The position numbers were made by a program, and so were the translations under genes. A stretch of 64,000 bases of DNA, from positions 224,001-288,000 of the forward strand of contig CAWKNZ010000007.1 in assembly GCA_963851265.1 (NCBI GenBank), written 5' to 3'. Below are positions 1 to 10,050 of this stretch, piece after piece. The stretch comes from an uncultured Gemmatimonadales bacterium (GTDB lineage Bacteria > Gemmatimonadota > Gemmatimonadetes > Gemmatimonadales > Gemmatimonadaceae). The notes beneath the pieces were generated by a model, which saw nothing but the letters and a program-made list of their open reading frames with translations, did no database searches and was not told the origin of the DNA. The number at the start of each line of letters is the position of its first letter. The first letter of the stretch is position 1.

Positions 1-997
1 CGTCGCGTGCTTCGCGCTCCTCGCCGCCAACACGCTCAACATCGGTGCCGACCTGGCCGCGATGGCCGACGCGGCGGAGCTGCTCACCCGTGTGAACTCG
101 CACCTCTGGGTGGTGCTGTTCGCGGCCGGCATCGGGTGGGCGACCGTACGGCTGCGCTACGCCGTGGTCGCGAATGCGCTCAAGTGGCTCGCGCTCGTGC
201 TCTTCGCGTACGTGATCGCCGCCCTCGATCTGCGCCCGTCGTGGGGCGCGGTGCTCGGCGCGACGTTCCGCCCGTCCATCCCGCACAGCTCCGACGGGTG
301 GGCCACGCTCGTGGCGATTCTCGGGACGACCATCTCGCCGTACCTCTTCTTCTGGCAGGCGTCGCAGGAGGTCGAGGAGGAAAAGGCGCTCGGCCGCCAC
401 TCGCTCGTCTCGCGCCTCGGCGCGAGCGCGGACGCGATCGTCCGGCGGAAGGTGGACGTGGGCGTGGGCACGTTCTTCTCGAACGTCGCGATGTTCTTCA
501 TCATCCTCACGACCGCGCTCACGCTGCACCGCGCGGGAATCACCCACGTCGACACCAGTCGCCAGGTGGCCGCCGCCCTGCGCCCGCTCGCGGGCCGTTG
601 GGCCACCCTGCTGTATACGGTTGGGCTGATCGGCACCGGCGCGCTCGCGATTCCCACGCTGGCCGGGTCGGCCGCGTACGCGTTCGCCGAGCTGCTCGGC
701 TGGCGCGAGGGCATGGACGAGCACTTCCGCGGCGCGCCCGCGTTCTACGCGGTGATCCTCCTCGCCCTCGCGGCCGGCGTCGCGATGGACTACGCCAACG
801 TGAACGTGGTCGCGGCCCTGTACTGGTCGGCGGTGCTGAACGGGCTGCTCGCGCCATTCCTGCTGTTGGGCATCCTGGTCGCGGCCAGCGACCGCGCCCT
901 CATGCAGGGCCAGCCGAGCTCCCTGCTCGGCCGCGCCGTCGTCGGCCTCACGACCGTGGCGATGTTTGCCGCCGCCGTCGGTATGTTCGTCGCGTGA
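1..997 (+). CDS. NRAMP-family divalent metal (Mn2+/Fe2+) transporter, 5' end outside window
   Basis: Hydrophobic multi-TM ORF with ANTLNIGADL upstream of the 62 ATG and the motif GTTISPYLFFWQ typical of NRAMP-like proteins; frame open to the window edge. Confidence 0.85.
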   Translation, partial: VACFALLAANTLNIGADLAAMADAAELLTRVNSHLWVVLFAAGIGWATVRLRYAVVANALKWLALVLFAYVIAALDLRPSWGAVLGATFRPSIPHSSDGWATLVAILGTTISPYLFFWQASQEVEEEKALGRHSLVSRLGASADAIVRRKVDVGVGTFFSNVAMFFIILTTALTLHRAGITHVDTSRQVAAALRPLAGRWATLLYTVGLIGTGALAIPTLAGSAAYAFAELLGWREGMDEHFRGAPAFYAVILLALAAGVAMDYANVNVVAALYWSAVLNGLLAPFLLLGILVAASDRALMQGQPSSLLGRAVVGLTTVAMFAAAVGMFVA

Positions 998-2421
998 ATC
1001 GCCCGCACCGCCTCGCCCGCCTTGCGCGGGCGCGCACCTTCTGCCGCAGGGCGGCCGCGGCGGTCGCCCTGTCGCCGGCCGTGGTCCGCGGGCAGACGGC
1101 GCCTCCGCCCGACACGTCCGCCGGGAACCGCCCCGCCTCGGCTGGCTCCGCCCGGTGGACGCCGTTCCTGCTCGGCACACAGTTCAACCTCATCACCCAG
1201 CACCTCGCGCGCGTGCCGAGCGCGTACCGCGGGGCCAACAGCCTCGGGCCGGCGTCGTCGACCAAGACGAGCGACGCGTACGGCGTGTACGCCGGCATCG
1301 CCGCGTCGGCGCGGTTCACGGCCTACCTCGACGCGGAAATGATCCGCGGGTCGGGCGTGAACAAGGCGGTGGGACTGGCCGGCTACACCAACGGCGACGT
1401 GATCCGGCAGGGCACGGTCGACCTCGGGGCCGGGCCGTACGTCGCGCGCGCGTTCGTGCGCTACACGGTGCCGTTAGGCGGTCGCGCGCGCGACACGCTG
1501 CCGCGCGGCCAGGACCAGGTGCCCGGCGTGGTCGCGTCGCGCCGCGTGGAGGTCACCGCGGGGAAGCTCGCGGTGTCGGACCTGTTCGATCTGAACCGGT
1601 ACGCGAACACGACGCGCCTGCAGTTCATGAACTGGGGGCTGTTCCAGAACACGTCGTGGGACTTCGCCGCCGACACGCGCGGCTACACCAACGGCGTGGC
1701 CGTGGCGTGGGTGCGACCCGGTACGGTGCTCCGGGTCGGCAGCTTCCAGATGCCCCGCCGCGCCAACGGCAACGTCTTCGACGCCGACCTCGGCCGCGCG
1801 CGCGGCGACCAGGCCGAACTCACCCTGACCCCGACCGCGTTCGGCCTGGGCGCGCGGACGCCGACGGTGCGCGTGCTGGGCTACGTGAACCACGCCCGCA
1901 TGGGAGTCTACCGCGAGGCCATCGCCCAGGGCGCAGCGGCCGGCGCCGCACCGGACGTCGTCGCCACCGACGCGCCGGGGCGGCGCAAGCGCGGCTGGGG
2001 CGTCAACGCGGAGCTCCCGCTCGCGGACGGCGGCGAGACGGGCGCGTTCTTTCGCGCCGGCCGGAGCGACGGCGACGTCGAGAGCTTCGCGTTCACGGAG
2101 GTCGAGCAGCACCTGAGCGGCGGTGGACAGGCGAGCGGCGCCCGCTGGCGGCGGCCGGACGACCGGTTCGGGATCGGCGTCGTCCGGCACGGCCTCTCCG
2201 CGGACCACCAGGCCTACCTCGCCGCGGGCGGGTCGGGATTCCTGCTCGGGGACGGCCGCCTGCGCTACGGGCCCGAGACGATCGCCGAGGCGTACTACCG
2301 CGTGCAGCTGGGCGCGTACCTGCAGGTGAGCCCGGACGTGCAGCGCGTGGTCAACCCGGGCTACAACCGCGACCGCGGCCCCGCGACGGTCACCGGCGTA
2401 CGCGTGAACGCACGCTACTGA
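994..2421 (+). CDS. OprB-family 'carbohydrate porin', MnoP-like outer membrane channel
   Basis: GTG start overlaps the NRAMP stop (GTGA); signal-peptide-like N-terminus; GKLAVSDLFDLNRYAN...QFMNWGL, EAYY and NPGYNRDRGP motifs; C-terminal aromatic residue. Confidence 0.8.
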   Translation: MNRPHRLARLARARTFCRRAAAAVALSPAVVRGQTAPPPDTSAGNRPASAGSARWTPFLLGTQFNLITQHLARVPSAYRGANSLGPASSTKTSDAYGVYAGIAASARFTAYLDAEMIRGSGVNKAVGLAGYTNGDVIRQGTVDLGAGPYVARAFVRYTVPLGGRARDTLPRGQDQVPGVVASRRVEVTAGKLAVSDLFDLNRYANTTRLQFMNWGLFQNTSWDFAADTRGYTNGVAVAWVRPGTVLRVGSFQMPRRANGNVFDADLGRARGDQAELTLTPTAFGLGARTPTVRVLGYVNHARMGVYREAIAQGAAAGAAPDVVATDAPGRRKRGWGVNAELPLADGGETGAFFRAGRSDGDVESFAFTEVEQHLSGGGQASGARWRRPDDRFGIGVVRHGLSADHQAYLAAGGSGFLLGDGRLRYGPETIAEAYYRVQLGAYLQVSPDVQRVVNPGYNRDRGPATVTGVRVNARY

Positions 2422-4307
2422 CCGGCGGCGGGGGCGCCGACCGTCGCCGGCGCCAGGGCGCGCGGCGCCGGGCCGGCGCCGTCCTCGCCCTCGTGACCCG
2501 CCAGCGCGAACGCGGTCCCGACGAGCCCCAGGTGCGAGAACGCCTGCGGGAAGTTGCCCACCAGGCGACCCGACGCCGCGTCGTACTCCTCGCTCAGAAG
2601 GCCGACGTCGTTGCACAGCCCGAGCAAACGCCCGTACAGCGCGCGCGCCTCGGCGATCCGCCCGAGCAGCACGTAGTTCTGCGCCAGCCAGAAGCTGCAG
2701 GCGAGGAACGCGCCCTCGCCCCCGGGTAGCCCGTCGTCGGTCTTCCCGGTCTCGTAACGCCGCACGAAGCCGTGCGCGTCCAGCAGCCGCGCCTCGATGG
2801 CGGCCACCGTGCCGCGCACGCGCGGGTCCATGGGCGGGAGGAAGCCGACCAGCGGGATCATCAGCACGCTCGCGTCGAGCTGCCGGGAGTCGTACGCCTG
2901 CACGAAGCTGCCTAACGTCTGGTCGAACGCGCGGGCACACACCTCCTCGTGGATCCGCGCGGCCACCGCGCGCCACCGGTCCACCGGGCCTTCGAGCCCG
3001 TAGCGCTCGACCGCGCGCACCATGCGGTCGAACGCCACCCACGCCATCACCTTGGAGTGCGTGAAGTGCTGCCGCGAGCCGCGCACCTCCCACAGCCCCT
3101 CGTCGGGCTCGGCCCAGATCGTTTCGAGGTGGTTGGCGAGCGCGCGCGCCAGACTCCACGAATCCGCGCTGTCGGCCGACCCGCCGGCCCGCGCGGACGC
3201 GAGCGCGTCGATCACCTCGCCGAACACGTCGAGTTGCAGCTGGTCGTGCGCGGCGTTGCCGACGCGCACCGGCGCCGAGTTCTCGTATCCCGGAAGCCAC
3301 GGCACCTCCCACTCCAGCAGATGCCGCTCGCCGCGGATTCCGTACATGATCTGCACCTGGTTGGGACTCCCCGCCACCGCGCGGAGCAGCCAGTCGCGCC
3401 ACGACGCCGCCTCGTCGGTGTACCCGGCGTTCATGAGCGCGTTGAGCGTGAGCGTCGCGTCGCGCAGCCAGCAGTAGCGGTAGTCCCAGTTGCGCGGACC
3501 GCCGATCTCCTCGGGGAGCGACGTCGTCGGCGCGGCGACGATGCCCCCCGTGGGCGCGTAGGTCAGCGCCTTGAGGGTGAGCAGCGAGCGCACGACCGCC
3601 TCGCGATGTTCGCCGCGGTACGTGCAGCGCCCCGCCCAGTCGCGCCAGTACGCTTCCGTCTTGGCGAGCGCGAGCATCGGGTCGCTGGCTTCCGGCGGCG
3701 GGGCGTGCGACGCGCCGTAGCTCAGCGTGAACGGCACCGTCTCGCCCTCTGCCACGTCGAACTCGCCCACCGTGGTGAGGTCCTCGCCGCGTAACTCCAC
3801 CGGGGTGCGGAGGATGACCATGTCCGGGCCGGCGATCGCTCGCAGCGCCGTCGCCGGCGTGGGCTGCCCGGTGGCCGTCGCGTCGCGTTCCGCGTCCTGA
3901 TCCCCGTCGAGGCGGCTCACCCACGGGACCGCCATCCCGTATGCGAAGCGTACGACGAACTCGGTGCGCATCGCGACCCGCCCGCGCCGGCCGATGACGA
4001 TCCGCACGAGGTCGGGCTTCTGGTCGCGCACCGGCATGAAGTCGATCACCGTCACCGCGCCCTCGGCCGTCTCCCACTCGGTCTCGAGCACCATCGTATC
4101 GGCGCGGTAGCGCCGCCGCGCGCGCGCGTCCGCGGCGGTCGGCGCGAGCTTCCAGCGGCCATGCTCGGGCGCGCCGATCAGGCCCGCGAAGCACGCCGCG
4201 GAGTCGAAGCGCGGGAGACAGAGCCAGTCGACCGACCCGTCGCGCGAGACGAGGGCGGCGGTCTCGCAGTCGCCGATGAGGGCGTAGTCTTCGATCCGTG
4301 CGGGCAT
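2415..4307 (-). CDS. Glycoside hydrolase family 15 (glucoamylase/trehalase-like)
   Basis: IEDYALIGDCETAALV N-terminus; AAPTTSLPE, RNWDYRYCWLRD, LLSEEYD and GNFPQAFSH motifs. Confidence 0.93.
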   Translation of the reverse strand: MPARIEDYALIGDCETAALVSRDGSVDWLCLPRFDSAACFAGLIGAPEHGRWKLAPTAADARARRRYRADTMVLETEWETAEGAVTVIDFMPVRDQKPDLVRIVIGRRGRVAMRTEFVVRFAYGMAVPWVSRLDGDQDAERDATATGQPTPATALRAIAGPDMVILRTPVELRGEDLTTVGEFDVAEGETVPFTLSYGASHAPPPEASDPMLALAKTEAYWRDWAGRCTYRGEHREAVVRSLLTLKALTYAPTGGIVAAPTTSLPEEIGGPRNWDYRYCWLRDATLTLNALMNAGYTDEAASWRDWLLRAVAGSPNQVQIMYGIRGERHLLEWEVPWLPGYENSAPVRVGNAAHDQLQLDVFGEVIDALASARAGGSADSADSWSLARALANHLETIWAEPDEGLWEVRGSRQHFTHSKVMAWVAFDRMVRAVERYGLEGPVDRWRAVAARIHEEVCARAFDQTLGSFVQAYDSRQLDASVLMIPLVGFLPPMDPRVRGTVAAIEARLLDAHGFVRRYETGKTDDGLPGGEGAFLACSFWLAQNYVLLGRIAEARALYGRLLGLCNDVGLLSEEYDAASGRLVGNFPQAFSHLGLVGTAFALAGHEGEDGAGPAPRALAPATVGAPAAGQ

Positions 4308-4394
4308 GGAATGGGCAGGATGGTGGCGGAGAGCGCGTTAGCGCGTTCCGTACCACGCGCGGAGCGTCCGTCGCGCCGGACGCCGCCCGCCCGG

Positions 4395-5213
4395 TCAGAC
4401 GAGCGCCGGCAGCCCCGTCGCGAGCACGCCGAGGAGGAGCAGCGCGAGCCGCGGCACCCATGCCCGCGCGCCGCCGCGCGCGTCGTACGCGAACGATCGC
4501 AGCAGGGCGCCCGCGAGGTAGAGGAAGTTCCCCGCCGCGAACGGCAGCACCACCGGCGCCAACGCCGCCGCGCGCGCTCCGAACGTGAGCGTGACCGCCG
4601 CACCCGCCGCGGCCGCGAGCGCCGTCGCCGCGTTGTAGGCCAGCGCGCGGCGGGCCGGCACGCCCCCGTGCACGATCGCGCCGAACGTCCCGAACTCGCG
4701 CGGCACCTCGTGCAGCGCCACGGCGGCCGTCGTCAGCACGCCCGCGCGCACGTCGGCGAGGAACGTCGCCGCGACGAGCGCCCCGTCGACGAAATTGTGT
4801 ACCGCGTCGCCGGCCACGGCGAGCGCGACGAGCGAGCGGCCGGGCCGGCGCGCGTGTGGCGCGCCGGCCGTGGCGCCTGATGGCGCGACCGTCGCGTGCC
4901 CGGCGCCGTGGTGGTCGTGCGTGCCGTGCAGCGCGCGCTCGAGCCCGAAGAACACCGCCGCGCCCGCCGCCACGCCGACGAGCGCCGTCGCCGCCGTCGC
5001 GCCCTGCGCGTACGCCTCGGGAAGCAACTGGAACAGCGCGCCGCCAAGCAGCGCGCCGGCCGCCACCGCCGCGGCGTGGGGGGCCCAGCGGCGCACCACG
5101 CGCGCGTCCCACGCGAGCAGGGCGAGCGCCGCCAGCGGGACCGCGCTCACGAGCGCGACGGCCGCGAACGCGTCCCGCCAGACCGCGGCGGGGGCGGCGG
5201 ACGGCGCGTTCAC
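4395..5213 (-). CDS. ZIP-family zinc/metal transporter
   Basis: His-rich loop HGTHDHHGAGH; GDAVHNFVDG and ALHEVPRE metal-site motifs; GTG start at 5213 inferred. Confidence 0.88.
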   Translation of the reverse strand: MNAPSAAPAAVWRDAFAAVALVSAVPLAALALLAWDARVVRRWAPHAAAVAAGALLGGALFQLLPEAYAQGATAATALVGVAAGAAVFFGLERALHGTHDHHGAGHATVAPSGATAGAPHARRPGRSLVALAVAGDAVHNFVDGALVAATFLADVRAGVLTTAAVALHEVPREFGTFGAIVHGGVPARRALAYNAATALAAAAGAAVTLTFGARAAALAPVVLPFAAGNFLYLAGALLRSFAYDARGGARAWVPRLALLLLGVLATGLPALV

Positions 5214-5465
5214 GGCCGGGCGCGACGCGAGGCGGGGAGGCGAGCTGACATCGGCGCGAAGTGTAGCGCGACGCGGGATCCCCCCGGCCCCGCGCCGCAC
5301 ACGCTGGCGCGTGCGCCGGGTGCCGCGCGGGGTGACGCTGCCGCTACTCGGCGGGTCCTTCGGGGCACCAACTCGTCGCGCGGGCGCCTCGCAGGCCGCG
5401 CCGCGCCGACTCTCCGCCTCACCCCCCGTCGGGACGCGTCGCGCCCCCGGGGCCACGGAGTACGA

Positions 5466-8400
5466 ATGCGTTCATCCAGCTCGTCGCGCGACCTCGCGCG
5501 CCTTCCTCTCTTGGCCCTCCTCACGGCAGCACCGGCCGTCGCGATCGCGCCGGCCGTCGGCGTCGCGCAGCCGGCGGCGCGCGGCACGATCGTCGGCCGC
5601 GTGGTCGACCAGGCCAGCGGCCGCCCGATCGCGGACGCCCAGGTGGTCGTCGTCGGCACCCGCCTCGGCGCGCCGACCGGGCCCGACGGCACGTTCCGCA
5701 TCGTCGGCGCGCCGGCCGGGCCGGCGGTGCTCCGCGCGCTCCGCATCGGCTACCGCGCCGCGACGCAGAACGTGACCGTCCCGTCCGGCGCGTCCGTGAC
5801 CGCGGCGTTCTCGCTCGCCACCACGCCGAGCACGCTCGAACAGGTCGTCGTCACCGCCACGGGCGGCACCCAGCGGCAGCGCGAGCAGGGCAACGCCGTG
5901 TCGCAGATCACCACCGACAGCGTCGCGCTCGCGGCCGTGCCTAACGTGTCGGGGCTGGTCAACGGGCGCGCGGCCGGCGTCTCGGTCGTGGGCACGTCGG
6001 GCAGCACCGGGACGGCGGCCCGCATCCGCATCCGCGGCGCCAACTCGCTGTCGCTGTCCAACGACCCGCTGCTCATCATCGACGGCGTGCGCATCAACTC
6101 CGACCCGAGTTCGGCCGACCCGAACGCGGGCGTCGGCGGGCAGACGCCGTCGCGCCTCAACGACCTGATCCCCGAAGACATCGAGGACATCCAGGTGCTC
6201 AAGGGGCCGGCGGCCACGGGCCTCTACGGCACGCAGGCCGCCAACGGCGTCATCCAGATCACCACCCGGCGCGGCCGCGCGGGGCGCACGCAGTGGAACG
6301 GGTACGCCGAAGGCGGCGCGGTGAACGACCGCAACACGTACCCGGCCAACTGGGGCGCCAACGGGCTGTTCGCCGACGCCTCGGGCGCGCTCACGGTGCC
6401 GTACACCGTCAACCAGCGCTCGTGCGACCTGGTCACGCAGAGCTTCGGCGACTGCAAGCAGACGTCGGTGGTCAACTTCAACCCGCTCGTCGTCCACAGC
6501 CCGTTCCGGACCGGCGCGCGCGAGAAGGCCGGCGCCAACGTGAGCGGCGGGGGCGACCGGAGCACGTACTACCTGTCCGCCGACTACACGAGCGAGGATG
6601 GCGTCTACCGGACGAACTCGCTTCGCCAGGCGAGCGTCCGGGCGAACGTCACCGCCCACCCGGCGTCGACGCTCGACGTGCAGACGTCGGCCGGGTACGT
6701 GCGCTCGTCGCTCGCCCTCCCGCGCAACGACAACGACTACTTCGGCTACATCTCCAACGGGATCGCCGGGCTCGCGTTCGACAACGCGCAGCAGGGCTAC
6801 TACCCGATCGGGCCGAAGATCATCGACCAGCTCTCGGACGGGCAGGACATCAACCGGTTCACCGGGTCGGTCAACGCGACCTACCGCCCGGCGACGTGGC
6901 TGTCGGTGATCGGCGTCGCGGGCGTCGACAACGTGAACCGCTTCGACAACCAGACCTTCCCGGTGGGCGTGATCCCGCCCGGGTACTTCGGCGACAGCGC
7001 GGGCTTCCGCTCGTCGGGCCGGTTCACGACGAACACGTCGACGGCCAACGTCTCGGCCGTGGCGACGCGCCCGATCTCGTCGTCTCTCACGTCGACCACG
7101 ACGGCCGGCTTCCAGTACCAGCGCGACGACTCGCGCGGCACGACCGCCACCGCGTTAGGCCTCGCGGCCGGCACGAGCTCGCTCAACACCGGCGTGAGCC
7201 AGTACACCGTCGCCGAGCCCTTCGCGCGCAGCGCGCTCGTCGGGGGCCTCGTGCAGGAGCAGCTCGCCTTCAGCGACCGCCGCTTCCTCAGCCTCGGCCT
7301 CCGCGGCGACAAGAACAGCGCGTTCGGCAAGAACTTCGGGACGGTCTACTACCCGTCCGCCAACGCGTCGTGGGTGATCAGCGACGAGTCGTTCTTCCCC
7401 AAGCCGCAGGCGCTCACCTCGCTCCGCCTCCGCGCGGCGTACGGGCGGTCGGGGCTGCGCCCCGGCGTCACCGACGCGCTCCTGTACTACCGCGGCGTCA
7501 CGGCGCGCGTGAACGGGGCCGAGCAGTCGGGCATCACGATCGGCAACCTCGGCGACCCGAACCTCCGCCCCGAGCGGACCAACGAGTTCGAGACCGGCCT
7601 CGACCTGAGCGCGTTCAGCGGCCGCACGAACCTCGAAGTCACCTACTACAACAAGCGGTCGCAGGACGCCCTCGTCCTCGTCCCGAGCCCGCCGTCGGGC
7701 GGGTTCCCCGCCCAGTACCGCAACATCGGCGCGGTCGGCAACCGCGGGTTCGAGGCGCTGCTCACGCTGGTGCCGCTCCGCGCGGCGAACGTGGCGTGGA
7801 CGTCGACGTTCAACTTCAGCACCAACCGCAACCGCGTGCTCGCGTTAGGCCTCCCGGCCCCGGTCGTCTTCGGCGGCGGGTACCAGCGCTACCAGGTGGG
7901 TTACCCGGCCGGCGGCTACTGGGACCGCACGTTCACCTACGCCGACGCCAACAAGAACGGCGTCATCGAGCCGAGCGAGATCACGCTGTCCGACACCGCG
8001 CGGTACCTCGGCAGCGCGCTCCCGACGCGCAACCTCGGCTGGACCAACGACGTCACCGTCTTCAAGTGGCTGCGCCTCTCGGCGCTCGTCGACTACAAGG
8101 GCGGGTTCAAGCAGTACAACAGCACCGAGTCGTTCCGCTGCGAGTCGGGCGTCGACGTCTGCCAGGGCATCTTCGACCCCTCGTCGTCGCTCGACCGGCA
8201 GGCGCGGTCCGTCGCGGCCAACGTCTACAACAACCAGAGCGGGTGGATCGAGAACGGCGACTTCGTGAAGCTCCGCGAGGTCTCGCTCACGGCCACGCTG
8301 CCCGACCTGTTCGCGCGGCGCGTCCGCGCGCGCGGCCTCAGCGTCACCGTCGCCGGCCGCAACCTGCACACCTGGACCAACTACAGCGGCGTCGACCCCG

Positions 8401-8528
8401 AGGTGAACTCGGTCGGCGCGCCGACCGGCCCGAACGGCCCCACGGGCGCGTCCAGCTTCTCGCAGAGCGATTTCCTGAGCCAGCCGCAGGTGCGGTACCT
8501 CACGGTCCGCGTCAATGTCAACTACTGA
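5466..8528 (+). CDS. SusC/RagA-family TonB-dependent outer membrane receptor
   Basis: Signal peptide, carboxypeptidase-regulatory-like N domain, RIRIRGANSLSLSNDPLLIIDG and DIEDIQVLKGPAATGLYGTQAANGVIQITT plug motifs, beta-barrel C-terminus. Confidence 0.93.
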   Translation: MRSSSSSRDLARLPLLALLTAAPAVAIAPAVGVAQPAARGTIVGRVVDQASGRPIADAQVVVVGTRLGAPTGPDGTFRIVGAPAGPAVLRALRIGYRAATQNVTVPSGASVTAAFSLATTPSTLEQVVVTATGGTQRQREQGNAVSQITTDSVALAAVPNVSGLVNGRAAGVSVVGTSGSTGTAARIRIRGANSLSLSNDPLLIIDGVRINSDPSSADPNAGVGGQTPSRLNDLIPEDIEDIQVLKGPAATGLYGTQAANGVIQITTRRGRAGRTQWNGYAEGGAVNDRNTYPANWGANGLFADASGALTVPYTVNQRSCDLVTQSFGDCKQTSVVNFNPLVVHSPFRTGAREKAGANVSGGGDRSTYYLSADYTSEDGVYRTNSLRQASVRANVTAHPASTLDVQTSAGYVRSSLALPRNDNDYFGYISNGIAGLAFDNAQQGYYPIGPKIIDQLSDGQDINRFTGSVNATYRPATWLSVIGVAGVDNVNRFDNQTFPVGVIPPGYFGDSAGFRSSGRFTTNTSTANVSAVATRPISSSLTSTTTAGFQYQRDDSRGTTATALGLAAGTSSLNTGVSQYTVAEPFARSALVGGLVQEQLAFSDRRFLSLGLRGDKNSAFGKNFGTVYYPSANASWVISDESFFPKPQALTSLRLRAAYGRSGLRPGVTDALLYYRGVTARVNGAEQSGITIGNLGDPNLRPERTNEFETGLDLSAFSGRTNLEVTYYNKRSQDALVLVPSPPSGGFPAQYRNIGAVGNRGFEALLTLVPLRAANVAWTSTFNFSTNRNRVLALGLPAPVVFGGGYQRYQVGYPAGGYWDRTFTYADANKNGVIEPSEITLSDTARYLGSALPTRNLGWTNDVTVFKWLRLSALVDYKGGFKQYNSTESFRCESGVDVCQGIFDPSSSLDRQARSVAANVYNNQSGWIENGDFVKLREVSLTATLPDLFARRVRARGLSVTVAGRNLHTWTNYSGVDPEVNSVGAPTGPNGPTGASSFSQSDFLSQPQVRYLTVRVNVNY

Positions 8529-8547
8529 GTCCCGCACCAGCCCCCCG

Positions 8548-9936
8548 ATGCCGCACCCCGCCCCCGCGCGCCGCGCGCTGCGCCGCCTCGCCGCGGCCGG
8601 CGTTGCGTTCGGCACGGCCGCCGCCGCGGCCTGCCACACCGACGTGAACGACCCCGGGATCGTCTCGCCAACGGCGCTCCAGAGCGCCACCGCACTGCCG
8701 ACCGCCATCGCGGGCGCGGCCGGCGACTTCGCCGTCGCGTACGGCGGCAACAACGCGACCGGGGACGAGGGCGTGATCCTGCTCGGCGGCCTGCGCGGCG
8801 ACGAGTGGCGCAACTCCGACCTGTTCAGCACGCGCCTGGAAGTCGACCGCGGTACGATCACGATCAACAACGCTTCGGTCGGCGCGGTCTATCGCAACCT
8901 CAACACCGCGCGCCGCAGCGCCGAGACGGCGGTCGCCACGTTCGTCGGCGCCGCACCGGCCGACTACCGCCGCGGCCTCGCGCTGAGCTACGACGCGTAC
9001 GCGTACGTGCTGCTCGCCGAGAACTTCTGCTCGGGCATCCCGTTCACCGAGTTGGCGTCTAACGGATCGAGCTTCGCGTTCGGCCAGCCGCTGACCACGC
9101 AGCAGGTGTTCCAGATCGCCGCGGCGCGCTTCGACACGGCCGTGACGATTGCGGAGGCGGCGGCGGCGAGCAAGAGCGCCGCCACGCAAGCGAGCGCGCT
9201 GCAGGTCGCCTACCTCGCGCGCGTCGGACGCGCGCGGGCGCTCGTCGGGCTCGGCCAGTACGCTGCGGCCGCGGCCAGCGTCGCCCCGGTGCCGTCGGAC
9301 TTCGTGTACAACGTCGAATACTCCGCGAACACCAACCGCGAGAACAACGGCGTCTATGCGTTCAACACCGTGAACGCGCGCTGGTCGGTGGCCAACGTCG
9401 AAGGCGTGAACGGGCTGCCGTTCATCTCGGACAGCGATCTGCGCGTCCCCGTCGTGGATGCCGGCGCGACCGGGGTCGATAACGTCACGGAACTCTACCT
9501 GTTCGCCAAATACTCGGATTTCGCGTCGCCGATCCCGCTCGCGACGGGCGTCGAGGCGCGGCTGATCGAGGCCGAGGCGTCGCTCAACGCGCAGGGCGGC
9601 GGCGGTGCCGCCGATGCGCTGGCGACGCTCAACCTGCTCCGCGCCGGGGTCGGCCTCGCGCCGCTCACCCTCCAGCCGGACAAGGCGGCGCAGGCACGGC
9701 AGCTGATGTCGGAGCGCGCGTTCTGGCTGTACTCGACTGCGCACCGACTCGGCGACATGCGCCGCCTGATCCGCGCGTCGGCGCTCGGCGGGTACAACGT
9801 CCCGTTCGCGAACGTCTTCCCGGTCGGGCCGTACCCGAAGGGCGGTGCGCCCTACGGGACCGACGCCAACCTGCCGATTCCGGTCGACGAACTGAACAAC
9901 CCGAACTTCAAGCAGTGCATCGACCGTACGACGTGA
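8548..9936 (+). CDS. SusD/RagB-like lipoprotein
   Basis: Lipobox (AAAAC); directly follows SusC; EARLIEAEA and ERAFWLYSTAHRLGDMRR SusD-like C-terminal motifs. Confidence 0.85.
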   Translation: MPHPAPARRALRRLAAAGVAFGTAAAAACHTDVNDPGIVSPTALQSATALPTAIAGAAGDFAVAYGGNNATGDEGVILLGGLRGDEWRNSDLFSTRLEVDRGTITINNASVGAVYRNLNTARRSAETAVATFVGAAPADYRRGLALSYDAYAYVLLAENFCSGIPFTELASNGSSFAFGQPLTTQQVFQIAAARFDTAVTIAEAAAASKSAATQASALQVAYLARVGRARALVGLGQYAAAAASVAPVPSDFVYNVEYSANTNRENNGVYAFNTVNARWSVANVEGVNGLPFISDSDLRVPVVDAGATGVDNVTELYLFAKYSDFASPIPLATGVEARLIEAEASLNAQGGGGAADALATLNLLRAGVGLAPLTLQPDKAAQARQLMSERAFWLYSTAHRLGDMRRLIRASALGGYNVPFANVFPVGPYPKGGAPYGTDANLPIPVDELNNPNFKQCIDRTT

Positions 9937-10050
9937 GCATCTGAGAGGCGCTAGGGAGCGGACGTCGCGCCGGGTCGTGATCGGCGAGGCGTTGGCGGAC
10001 CGCTCCCGCCGCCTCCCCGATCCGGCGCCTACCGTCGCCTACCCGGCGGG

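Noticed and set aside
7..2421. 804-aa ORF from position 7
   Set aside because: The N-terminal third is an off-frame read of the NRAMP gene; the real porin starts at the GTG at 994
1474..5112. Many long Arg/Ala/Gly/Pro-rich alternative-frame and antisense ORFs (e.g. 1474-5112, 18524-21538, 39317-41644)
   Set aside because: Expected from stop-codon scarcity at very high GC; they overlap well-supported genes and have no recognisable motifs
5214..5465. Riboswitch in the ZIP/susC intergenic region
   Set aside because: GC-rich hairpins and one CTTCGG loop, but no recognisable cobalamin, TPP or yybP consensus
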